Below are positions 15,501 to 27,370 of a stretch of DNA of 64,000 nucleotides, piece after piece. The translations under genes were made by a program, and so were the position numbers. Position 1 is the first letter of the stretch. Each line of letters begins with the position of its first letter. The notes under the pieces are model-generated. The model worked only from the letters and a program-made list of their open reading frames with translations. It was not told the origin of the DNA and did no database searches. This DNA comes from Balanoglossus misakiensis (taxonomy: Eukaryota; Animalia; Hemichordata), in contig CM082589.2 of assembly GCA_040954595.2 (NCBI GenBank), forward strand, positions 1,280,009-1,344,008. Reading direction: 5' to 3'.

Positions 15501-18500
15501 ATAATCTTTGAAACTACTCAAAGAGTCAAATGAATTTTAAGTTCACTGACCTTTGATGAATAATGCGCTGTGAATATTTGAATATCTTTCACCCCTTGCC
15601 ATGGAAACTGCTAATATTACAACCATGTTTGATCTGTGGGAAGTTAATATTTTTTTGTGCATAGCCTTGATTCTCTGAGTGCTTTAGCTCTAATTTTATT
15701 CAGTTTAATTAATAACTACATCAAATTTAGTTTTTTTCATCTATCATGTCTTTTTGGAACTGTATCAACGACATGACACTATGCAAATACTTATGAGTGA
15801 TATTCACATGCATTGACAGACTAAGGCAATATGTCATGTCAGTATGATACATGAAATAACGGAAATAGTCATATGGTTTTTCAAAATGACACAGTGAAAG
15901 TCAAACTTCTCTTTTCATAAAGACATTAAATCATTAAACATAAAATTGGAAAAAAACTGATTATCTCCCTTCCTGCCAAAATCAGTATCATATACTACAG
16001 GATGACAGGAAATTAGACGGTCTTGCTGAAATGAAAAAAATAGGCGGTGTAATTGAATGTTTATTAACAACTTCATGCACTCTGGTAAATCGCAAGTACG
16101 TGTTGAATGTCATAAGACAGCGAGATATGAAGAGATCATTAATCTACAAATTTAGTTCAGATTCTTTTAGGAAACCTTTGGCTATCTAGCTCTTCATGAA
16201 TACAGTTGAATAAGCCCCATATGTGAAGGACGCCATGATTAACATTCCAACTGGTTCAGGATCTACTAAAAGACACTGTCATTTCGAATGACCTCATTTA
16301 AAGTCCAGCCCGGAAATAGGTCATCACTAAGGGTGACACACCTTTGCTTTCACAAAGACAATAGAATGAGATTCCTGAGGCTTTTTGATTATGCTGTTGA
16401 CCAACAAATAGCTGAGTGGCATACCAGCTCTTTATTACACTCCTGTAGTGTGTCAGCACATGTATGCAAATTGAATACCAGGGCCAGCCAATCTTTCTGC
16501 AATGTTGATGTTTCCTCCAAGGCTTACTTGCAAGAAGTGGCTTGCATGGTTGTTCTTTTGTTTGGTTTTCACTCAACTTTCAACAGTGTAAAGGAAACTT
16601 TGTGACTTTTTAAATATTTTCAATCGCGTAAAGTTATATGCAGGTTAAATTGTTGCATGATACACACGCTACATTCATATACCCATTGCCGGTTAAATGT
16701 GCACATTGAATTTGATGTGTCTGCAGGTCCGGGTGGATCGATCTCTGCTTGTAAAACATAGGAGTGTTCCCTGTCACAAGCAACAGCATCCGTTACATAT
16801 ATAAATTGAATTGATTCTAATAAGCCTGCATTTGCCACAGCCAGAGACATCCTTGACCTCTGACCCTTGCATTAATATCTTCAAGTTGGTTTCCATGGCA
16901 GCAACAATGTAATACGTATCAAATTGTCTAATGATCAAACTGTCAGGATGGAGTTTTGTTGGTTGGGTGCAAGTAAATTGCAAATTGGATTCGACTTGTA
17001 CTAAACAAGTTGTAATGATGGTAGATTTCTGGTGAATGTGCACATAGCTTAGAGTATTTTGTCACCGTCCCAGCTTGCAACGTGTCCGTATACATTTCAG
17101 AGGGCAGTTGACATATCAGATACGAATTGTGTCAAGTGTGAGTTTATCAAGTTCAAATTCATTCTGGATTCTGCACAGTGATCTCTGCCTGGATTAAAAT
17201 CATTTCTGGAATTTAAACTCCAAATATTTGAGACGACACCAGTAGCTTGTCCCCCAGATCGTCCTTCAAAATTCAGCACATTCCAAAACGCCCTTTTCTT
17301 GCATTTTAAACAATCCTTGGGTTGGAATGCAAGCTTCTTCCATGTTGCTGCACATTCCATTGGCCAATAAATGCGGTGTTCCTGTTCAGTTTATGGCATA
17401 TCACGAGAGCTGGCATGGTCATTTATCATATCTGGACACGTTGCAAATCAACTTGTAGCACATATTTTGTTTTCCCTTTTCTATTGTAAGAAAGCATATT
17501 GAATTATCTTGGGCAGTCATTGATGCAGTGAGAACACAAACTGTACAGATTAGGGTTTCCAGGAATGATACTTCATCATCAGATTTGTTATATATTTTTA
17601 TTTCTTTAGAAGCCAATACAAAGAATGACCTTCACACTTTTTGAACTCAGAACAAACCACTCAACACAAAACAAATATCTGATTGATCATATTTTAATTG
17701 AATCAATATTTAAAATACGGAATACAAATACAGTAAATCACAAAAGTGGCAACATTGATAAAATTAATTATGCATCAATTGTCCAAGGTGCTCGCAGGTG
17801 ACTTCAAACCGTGTCACAACCTAGATTCTCCCAAGCTGAACACTGGGTGGCAGCATACACGAAACCCCGACTTCTGCGGCACTTCGTTCCAACATCCGGG
17901 CGTCCGTTTCCTCTTGCGACGATCTAAAATAATTACAAAAAGCACTATGTGTAATGAACTGTACTCTGACACTGCAATACGGCATGATGGGATTAGCTCT
18001 GTCATGCATCCCATAATATTAATCCCTGTTGGCATTTGACCTTGACCTCTATTCCCTGGCACCATATGTCCTTCAGTTATATTTATAGACTCCAGCAGGT
18101 CAACCGCTGAACAGTGTAGCATACTTCGATTACAGTGTAACTGAACAGTTTCCATCACGGAAACTTCAAGTCAGCCAAGATCAAAGCCAACCTGTCTTCT
18201 TGTAATCTTACCATCATTTGTCCTTATCTACAAAATACTAACAGATCTTTTCTGAAGCACAGTTTGCATTATTAAGTTTATACTAAATCAACAATGGATT
18301 ACAAATTAAAATAGTAAATACCTTCCAAATTTACTGCTTCTGCCAGAACAGATAATTCTTCAGAACAGAGCTAAGAGATTTGAGTTTCCCCTGTTCAGCA
18401 AAAAGGTGTGTAGTTGTCATGGTTACCAGTTAAGGATTATTTACAGTGAATTTGTAAATTTTTGTGAAATGAGGCTGGCAAGTCATCAAATCTGACATCT

Positions 18501-18710
18501 GTTAGCAAAATTAGTTAATGAAAAATGTAAGTCATTATTCAATATGTTATATATGTGAGATCTGGGACAGGTTGTGAGATTATGCTAGTAAGCAAGACAT
18601 TGAAATTAGACTACTGGTGAACATATGAATTAATTGACATGAATATTAATATCCAAATTGTCAATGTTACATTTGACAAGAGACAAGTGAAGCTTCACCA
18701 GGAAATGGCC

Positions 18711-18769
18711 CCGGCATTGGGAAAAGTACATTGGCTTAGGGAGTTTCAACGTGCTTTTCCCAATACCTG
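18711..18769 (-). ncRNA. Candidate pre-miRNA hairpin (paralogue 1)
   Basis: Arms ggcattgggaaaagtacattg and caacgtgcttttcccaatacc form a 21-position stem with a 13-nt loop. The stem has one mismatch on the minus strand, plus a lower stem that gains G:U pairs on the minus strand. Candidate 3p: CAAUGUACUUUUCCCAAUGCCGG. Confidence 0.7.
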
Positions 18770-18893
18770 AACCAGCCCCCTAGATGAGTCGAGATAAATC
18801 CTACATTATGAAATGTCGGATGGGTGTGTGATGACCAGATGGGACGAAAATCGTGAATGGAATCACCATGATGGAACATGAAGGAATGTTAGC

Positions 18894-18958
18894 CAGGCGT
18901 TGGGAAGAGTACATTAAGAGGTACATCCAAACAACAATGTGCTCAACACAAACACCTG
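18894..18958 (-). ncRNA. Candidate pre-miRNA hairpin (paralogue 2)
   Basis: Arms caggcgttgggaagagtacatt and aatgtgctcaacacaaacacctg pair around a central internal loop; flanking lower stem ggaatgtt/aatattcc. Candidate 3p: UAAUGUACUCUUCCCAACGCCUG. Confidence 0.65.
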
Positions 18959-19110
18959 AATAATATTCCCAAACATTATCTCCCAGCTGGACTCAAACGT
19001 AACAAAAAAATCTGTTTCTGATAAACTTATCCTGTCAGGTCCATCTTTATTAACACTCCGCTGTTGTCACGGTAATCGGGTATTGCGCTGACATGGGATA
19101 GAGAGTGACC

Positions 19111-19168
19111 CAGGCATTAGGAAGAGTACATTATTGGTACAGTCAAAATGTGCTCCTCCAAATGTCTG
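19111..19168 (-). ncRNA. Candidate pre-miRNA hairpin (paralogue 3)
   Basis: Arms caggcattaggaagagtacatt and aatgtgctcctccaaatgtctg form a 22-position stem with a 14-nt loop; lower stem tagagagtga/tcaaccccta. Candidate 3p: UAAUGUACUCUUCCUAAUGCCUG. Confidence 0.7.
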
Positions 19169-22100
19169 CCTCAACCCCTACAAAGAAATAGAATCTTCAA
19201 GGTTCCTTTCTTCACAAATATATCTAGAAGAAAAAAAAATAGAAAACTTAAGTAAGCTCAACTCAACATGAATTCAATTAATTGCAGGGTGTCTATTATT
19301 TGGTTTCAAGTTGAAAAGTATCAGATAAGTAGATGAATTTTACTTCATGGAATTCAGTCTTGTATCTACGAGATGAATTGACCAACACCTGTAATTGTAA
19401 CCGACACATTTCAATCTTGATAACCCCACCACTAAAATCTCTATAACCCTGAACAGAAAGAGCCCTCCTTCTAACTGACCGTAACTTGAATACCAGCCAA
19501 TACAAAGTTCATTTGCATGACCATTACTACGGGTCAGGGTCATACACTGTAAATCATGTGGTTCTCCTGCCAACCCCTATATCACCATTTATTTCACTAA
19601 TTCCACCAAGAAACAAGCAGTAGACGTCAGGTTGCTTATTCTTTAAGAGTTTGAAAAACCCATTTACAATTGTGTTGGCCACGTGAAAGAACACGTATTA
19701 ACATCACAGCATCAGCTTTTGGAATAAAGCGATTTACTGTACAGCTTTTAAAAGGCTGCCGATACAGATTTCTAATACACACAATGAATATGTTGATTTC
19801 CCTGCATTTATCCTGGTACATTTCCGGCACATGTCTCTCTCTCACTTATTTCCCCGAAGCAAATGAACTTGAAACAGTTGAAACAGCACATTTCGAAAGA
19901 CAAAGTGATCTAGTTTTACACAAGTAGGTGACAGCAAATATATGCAACTTTAAAAACGGGATAGCAGTCATGGCAGCCAACGCCTGTTGATGTCATGTAC
20001 ATGTATACATTTGTACTCTGCTTTAACCATATGATGTCACATCAAGGAAATATTTCCTATTTTCAATTGGACAGGAACTCTCGCAATTTGAAATAGTACC
20101 ACAAATGTGACAATGATTGCCTTGATGTCGACCTAAATCCCTTTTAAGGCAATGAACATTGACCTCTTGGCATAGTTTCAAGTAATCTGAAAATCATGCT
20201 ATATCTCACATAATTTATAAGTCTCAGTTCAAATATCCTGAACCTGGGGAGAGAAATAATGCTGGCAATAGCAATGAAACTGAATGATAAAAACCCTAAA
20301 AGTGCTTAATTCATATCCCACTGAAGTATATACATGTACCGCAGAAACCCTTGCATTGTAAGTGCCCCAATTTCTCTCTATTTCACATCCTGACCTAAAT
20401 AAAGTTCATAACATCTACATCCACCATTATCTCATTGATCCGATTAATTTCTGAAAGAATGATAAATTTTACACAAAAATAAAAAATAGATGCGACTAAA
20501 ATTGGAGCAACGATCAATCTGTCCAAATCTGTCAGCTTCTAGTCTACCAACTGACTGATTAATGTAACACTCTAGTTGCACCAACTGTTCTGAAGAAAAT
20601 TCAAAGTTCACTGTTCTGTCACAGGTTCTTGTGGAAATCATGAAACTTGGAATAGTACAAGAGATGTCACAGAAGATGCGATGTTATTGCTTGATTTTAA
20701 AGTGGGTCCATGGACGAATATGTCGAGTACGACTACGTCTCATTTTGACTGCCGTTGTTAACACTGCCTTTTCAGCCCTCTCATAGCTTTTACGCTCAGT
20801 AACACAAGCTCCTGAAAGCAAACATTGAATGACCTGAATACGACCACACACCCTTCTTAAACTATCCTTTATATCCAATGGTTACACAGCTTTCTCAAAT
20901 TCATGAACTACTATTGAATTTTGACGTTTTTCCGAAATCAAAGGTTTGAATTACTCCTTGGGCAGGACAGCCCAATACTTGCATTCACATCTAAAAATGA
21001 CCCAAGCTTCATGTTTTCCACTCATTAGTCTCAAAGTGACATCTCTTGATCAATTTGGCAGAAGAAAGAAAATTGCATATAAGTCTTCTGATAGCCCATG
21101 TCCACTCATCTAGAACAGGTTATTCTCTGAAGGTCACACTCTTATATATATCCTTTTTTTCAATTTACCAATTTATTTTCCCGTTGTATTGGATAGAATT
21201 TGCAAAAAAACCCAAACTGATTCACCCTGCTCATGGTTTATGGTCCGTACAGTTCTATAAATTCACAAGCAGAAATATCAAATTTTAGAGACTTTGTCCC
21301 TTTAACACAGAAAATATTAAAAGACAACAAATCAAATTTGAATGATAGATTTTCATTCTTGGTCAGTGATAAAACTTTTTTATCGCCCATTTAGTGGCAC
21401 TATTCAAACAAGTTGGTGCTACATTACTTCAAACTGGGATACTAATGTCCCCATGAGATACAATTACACAAAGTACATGTGGAAATTTCCGTAACATTTT
21501 TCCTGGAATTAAAAACTTGTACTGGTGGAAAACAGCTCTGCTTTGGGGACCTGTGAATACTTTTTAAAAAGTGGTGGCAAAAACTGAATTTGGTAAAGCA
21601 CAAAGTTCAAATCTGTAAGGTTATTGTCTGATATCGTAAGGAGGCTAGGAGCCAGTAGCATGTGATCATGCCGATTAGCCCATGTATCTATGGCCACATT
21701 GATTGTTATCTTGGTTGTATTATACAGGTTGTAACATACCACTCTTCAAACAGCTTGCTGGCTTTATAAGAATTTATAAGATGGACACCAAATCATGGTC
21801 AAACTCTCCGTAATCACATCTGATTATCGGAAGATTCAAGAAACCACTGCTATCTAACCAGAAATCCAAGTTAATCTAGAAGAATTATTGTGGCAAGTCT
21901 AAAAGTGGCGAACACAGGTCAACTCTACAAAGCTAACCTAATCATGAACTTGTAAATTATGGCCACATTTTCAGTTAATATTTAACTTTATTAGGTTTTT
22001 GCCATATCTTCCAAAGTTGCCTGTATTGACACACTGATAGAGGCTACCACTGGGTACCAGGGTACTGCCATCTTATACTCCAATTGGTACAGAATGTGAT

Positions 22101-25094
22101 TAGTGCTCCTATTTTTGTCATGGAGCATTTTATTAGTCATTTAAACCCCACAATAAAATTCTCTGCCATTTCACGACCACACTCTAAATCAAATGAACCG
22201 TGTCTATTTATATATCTTCTTTTTTTAAATTCTTTTATAAATCATCTCGAATAGTCAACGTACAATGTTGGCATCGTGTCTCATCTTTATTGCTCTAGTA
22301 AAAATCTCATGAATACCCTTTTTTTTCTTTGAATGGTGAGTAGCTATGTTCAGACCATGATCTGACACTGTTTTCAATTACCAATTTCATTCAGTCACAA
22401 TTACAAATCAATTGGTTTGAGATCACTGAGAAAGTCAGTGTTCTAAAGTTTATATTTAAAGGAGTTGTAGTATGACAGATTGTACCTGCAACAATCAACC
22501 AACAGTCAGGATAATTTAGCAACCCACGTGTACCCAGAGAACACTGTTCTTAAATTATTCTGTATCGGTTGTTTCACATCAAAGTTGGAATATGAGGAGG
22601 CCAAGGCCATTCTGTAGATGGGAGAATGATTATTACAATCTTCTACAAAAGATCGTATCGCTGTCACATTCACATCTTTTCGAATATCTGGAAACAGGCC
22701 ACCATACTCCATTGTCAGTCACTCTATAAGTATCTTGTCTTACTTTTCATGGCAATAGTCAATAATTTCACATTAACTTTATTCCCCCTCCACTTTTTCT
22801 GTTAAAAAGAATGTGGTTTACACTTTATAACTACACTGACATAACTTGAAATGCCATTATTGTCAAAATACAGCATTCTGTCATTTCATTTTGATAGTTT
22901 TGATGAGTTTCAAAATTAATCACCGGATGAAATAACTCACTTGACTAATATTTAGCAATAACCTGTTTTTGGAATATTTCCTTGAGAATGTGTAAACCAT
23001 AATCAAAATGCTGAATTCATTATATAATGTTGTGTCAGCATATTCATGTTTGTTCATTTTCTTTTTTACATTCTATATAATATTTAAATATCATTTGTAA
23101 AACAAATGTGATGTATTCAACCATGGATACACAAAATATCTTGTAATGGCACTGGCATGTTGTTCAGATCTCTTCTGTCCTTTTCCTTGAATGTAAGAGT
23201 TTCTGTCCGTTGTTTAAATAATCTGGTGTTATCAAATTAAAATTTCATGACTAGAATAGCTTTTCAAGGTGAAATTATCAATGACAAAGCTATAAACCTT
23301 CAAAATGTGATAAATTTTCTCCAATAATTCTTGAGCAGCAATGTATAATAGAAGATTGTGAGTTCAAGGCCACATTGCTCAGTTGCGAGATTTGCAGCAC
23401 GTTTATTCGTCTGAGTCACAAGGCAAAGCACTAGGCTATTACTCATCCTTAGTTTCCATCTGAAGGTTTACTTTCCTTTTCAGAAATCTTTGTCCTTTTT
23501 TCTCTCAGTTTTTTATCTTTCAGAGCAAAAATTCCATTCTGTGTTGAGATGTATGACAGTCTGTGTGCGTGTCACAATGTGTAAGTGATTGTCAGCATGG
23601 TAAATGAGTATGAGCCTAATAAAACTCATCTTTTTCTTGACTGCAGCTGGCATATTAAAAACACTAAAATAACACTTTCACATTAAAAAAATATATATTG
23701 GCTTTTACCAAAGTCCAAACAAGTCCCGTGCCTAAGTGGAAATGGTCTCAGAAATTATAAAAAGTCTCCAATGCCCAACAAGGACATATATTTAAATACA
23801 AATCTTTTGAAGGTCAAATTAATACAGGATTCTTTGTACTGATTTTCATCGCCTCAATTATTTTACAACTTGACTGCATTTGAAAAATTGTCAAATTATT
23901 AACTTCGACCGATTTTGCTTTAACGAGAACCCCTTGAACTTGTCTAAGAATCTGATAAAAGACCAGGTCTTACTTGGACTTTGTACCATTCAACCCAAGG
24001 TGGGGAGCGTGCGTTGCAAGGATGTGCAAACTATGAGGGGCTTGTCGATTGTAAGCCGAGAGAAAAAAATGGGGGAATTGGGGTTGGCTTATAGACTTTG
24101 CGAGTAGTTTTGAAGAGAAAGAGTGCAAAAAATTTGAGTACATAGCTTAATTGACTGAAATGAAGAAATGACCTTGGTCTAAATACAGTTATCCCATGAG
24201 CAGATAACTATGCCATACAGATGAAACGTGAAGAAAATCGGATGATTTTTTGATACAGTGTATATACAAAGTTCACTGAAATGGACAAGTGAAATTTACA
24301 GATATACTAATGATTAAAATGAGCTAGTTTAAGGTCATTTTCAGGTCATGGGCCTGACTAAGGCCATCATGCATAATCACATCAATGGCCTCATTTTCAA
24401 AAGAAAACTGACCTCGCGACTAATCCTCGTTTTATACACTTTTCTGGCTTTTTTTCTCTTACCCAATTGTTTCAAGTTTAAGAATTCACCTGGTTGATTA
24501 ATTGTCTTCGAGATCGCACACTTTTTTTCGCGTGTAATTTGCCAAATCTAAGGGATGTGAGTATGTGGCCTGATTAAGATCGAAATCATGAACAACTCGC
24601 AAGGGCGTGGACAATCGCTTGCTAGCCACATGACCTCCAAATGTTTAAGATAAAAAAATATTGGGAAAAGTCACCACGGATGAAATTGACATCAAAGACG
24701 TGATTGTCAAACTCACTCTTTGCCGGTCCTCCACGTTAACAGGTGCACAGCGGATCGGCCAATAGATGGAATAAAAAGTGAACGGGAGTTTTGCGGTGCG
24801 TGCGTTCGTCAATGTGGGTCGATCGGACTGACCTTAGAAATTTCACGAACAAATACCACGTAACAACCAGTTAAAACATAGAAAAAAATCACATAAATTC
24901 AAACAAAAAGGCGTTGACAGTCAATGAAAGAAATCTAAGTAACATTGTTAAAGTAGAAGGGTTAGAAACGCATACCTGTGTGCACCGTACGTGTTAAGGG
25001 CAGCAGTGAGCTCTTTCTGTCACAGTGCAGTGGGCTGCTCGCTGCAGTTGTGTGTGACACATGCTTCGGATCTGACCTCAACTCTTCGCCAGAA

Positions 25095-25160
25095 ACACTT
25101 GTCATCCAATACGTCCCGATCAGCTGACCCCCGCCCACCCACTAAAATGGCTGTTCCGTT
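25095..25160 (-). promoter_or_regulatory. Promoter-like motif cluster (CCAAT, GC box, YY1-like) for the minus-strand transcript
   Basis: ccaat at ~25106, ccccgccc at ~25128 and aaaatggc at ~25144, in a CpG-enriched patch directly upstream (minus sense) of the donor at 24976. Confidence 0.5.
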
Positions 25161-25949
25161 AACTGACCACTCAGAGCGCTTTTTAGTGATCGGAATATCA
25201 AAAAAATCCCTCCCACAAATTGAATGCGTGTATATCAATTCATCATTCACGTTTAGCAGTCTTCTTCGGTCACATGTGCAAGGCCACATACATTTTATAC
25301 GCTGATTCATTCAATTCGATTCTCTCTTCAGGGTTGGAATATATTGAGCCCCAGGATTTTTTATTTTCTGTTTCTTGTGTTAATTTCTCCTTTTTATATG
25401 TTTCTCCCTCGCTTCTGTGTCACTGAACGAATGTTCAGATTGACCGAAAAGTAGGGTTTCTTTTTTCATGAAGGAATACTTTTTTGTACATTGATATATT
25501 GATCACGGACAGTCTGCCAGTATAATTTAGTTTGCATATTCCTTTCACGAAAATAGATCAATTATACCAAATTACAAAATGGACTTTTTATTTTCTGGAA
25601 AAGAGGCGGAGAAAGTGGTCATAGTGGGAAAATTGCGGAAAACTTAAAATGAGTGTAGGGCAAATGAATTAGAGACTTTGTTGACTAGTTGATAGATTGA
25701 TTTGTGGATTGATTGATTAGTTAGGACGATTGATATGATTGTGTCAAAGGCCAGGAGCATGCTCACTGGTAAACTTTTAATATGTCAGACTACCAAGATA
25801 GCATTTTGCATGTTGTTGGCATGGCGATGAGATGACAGAAGCCATCACAAACGCAATAAACAGCACGCGATGGTGTAAAACACGTACCCGCAGTCACATT
25901 GAAGACAGTCGACCTATTACTTGACTGATTATTTCTAGAAGGCAAATAT

Positions 25950-27370
25950 CCTTTGAACAATAAAACTCTTGGTCGCGCTTTTAGAGAAACGTACATGTGT
26001 TCGGTTTCATCGGAACGAACCCCTGTCCGATTTCAGGTATTCGCGTCTACGCGCGCCGCAACGTCGGGGCCTTGTAGATTTCACGAAGTTTTGTGAATAG
26101 CGCCACCATCGGATCGCCAAAGTTCAGTCAACCACTGGTTGCTAGGTTACGTAATCTACTTCCTGCAGAGGCCGCGGCCATGATTCCCTGATTCTGGTCT
26201 GGCTCTAAACGTTCGCGATTCGTGTCTTGGACAGGACTCGCGAACCAAATGACTTGAAATGCATGAACCAAATGACTTGAAAGATAATGCAAATTAATGC
26301 AATTCTTTATTCTGATTTAAATTTGATTACAAAATGATACGTGGCCCCAGACCAGACCACAGATACAAATTAAAGTTGGAAGGTTATTACGTTCTGATTA
26401 TTGTTGCCATAGATCCTGGAGCGAACACGGTCTATGCTGTGGCAAAGAAAGGAGTATCTAAACTGTCGTTTGTTTATAATACAACCTTGTATGGCCTCAC
26501 TTGTCAATAATTCGCTCACATTTTCCAGAGGGGTGTGAGAAATACAGAATGCGGAACAGCTAACAATTTGCGCGTGCGTACTCGAGTAATGCGGCACCAG
26601 ATAATACATGTAAATTTTATGCAAATATAGGGCTGCGCTGACTCGTGACTGTAATGGCGCTTGCGATCTGCTGAAAAAACGGTGAGAAATTGGTTTTAAA
26701 TGCATATTTTTACCGACAAAACGTATTTAAAATTTAATATACTTATCATTGGCGATGCAATAATAATTGTTTTCTACTTTTGCCTGTTTGTTTTATAATG
26801 TTTTGTTGAACTTCCTTCATTTTTTGACGAAAATTTGTAGTTATAGCGCGATCATAATGTGTTTTTTTTAAGCTGTCTGCACTTTTTGAAGCCGTAGCAG
26901 ACTTCTTAAAAACCTTTAAAAGCGTCTTCATTTCTTCGTTTTAGACGTTTCTGCTACTACTAGTCATAGTTGGATAGTTGTAGGATATAATTCTCATATT
27001 TTTAAGTAGCTACCATATTATGTGCATTTTTTCCTGGCTTGGAATTGCGGACTTTTCGTTTCAGGAAATTTGGTAAAATAGCTGGAAGTGTGTATATTAA
27101 GCCAAACGGGGGTGCATACGTATAACTTCGATGAGACTTAATATATTTTGATTGAAGTAACTTTGTAAGAAATTAACACTAAAAGTGTGATTAACTGACT
27201 GTTGCGGTGTACTTTTGTGTACTTTTGGTTGCTCAAAGTTTCTTTATAGATATATCTTTGAAGTTTTGTGTCTGCGTGAACTCTAATGTGTCACTCCAGC
27301 TCGCCGCCATGTTTCTTTTATTTCGCGCGAGTGAAACACGCTATGAGAGGACGCGTTGTGTGAAACTGCA
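25950..27370 (+). promoter_or_regulatory. CpG-enriched patches, probable l(3)mbt promoter / 5' non-coding exons
   Basis: CG-rich patches at ~25970-26250, ~26560-26690 (candidate donor ACG|GTGAGA at ~26681) and ~27295-27360 (gccgccat YY1-like, tttcgcgc E2F-like). The next coding exon has an acceptor at 35125, upstream of its ATG. Confidence 0.4.
26242..26282. repeat. 18-bp direct repeat
   Basis: gaaccaaatgacttgaaa at 26242-26259 and 26265-26282. Confidence 0.8.

Larger units (their letters stand above)
14796..25100 (-). ncRNA. Putative spliced long non-coding / pri-miRNA host transcript (boundaries approximate)
   Basis: Minus-strand promoter patch at ~25100-25150, first donor CAG|GTATGC at ~24976, and acceptors giving exon starts at ~20811, ~20243, 19223, 18390, 18227, 17923 and 15012. 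Donors end exons at 18322 and 18212. Minus-strand AATAAA at 14801-14796. No recognisable protein. Contains the hairpin cluster. Confidence 0.45.

Noticed and set aside
15770-15840. 9-bp inverted repeat gacatgaca/tgtcatgtc ~70 nt apart as a C/D snoRNA or miRNA
   Set aside because: No C box (RUGAUGA) or D box (CUGA) next to the stem on either strand, and no extended pairing.
16288-17616. Run of short ORFs on both strands (e.g. 17097-17360, 17419-17616) as a pseudogene or TGA read-through selenoprotein
   Set aside because: No recognisable domain. The frame after the TGA at 17419 closes within a few codons at TAA, and I could not identify a SECIS.
18711-19168. CRISPR-like array reading of the three spaced repeats
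   Set aside because: Eukaryotic context with no cas genes. Only three imperfect copies with ~125-150 nt between hairpins, and each repeat is one arm of a ~60-nt hairpin.
20684-20878. Minus-strand ORF ending ...KSYERAEKAVLTTAVKMRRSRTRHIRPWTHFKIKQ as a terminal coding exon
   Set aside because: It has an acceptor but no recognisable homology or upstream coding partner. Treated as part of the putative non-coding host.
22506-22712. 68-aa minus-strand ORF MEYGGLFPDIRK...
   Set aside because: No recognisable motif, and the length is compatible with chance.
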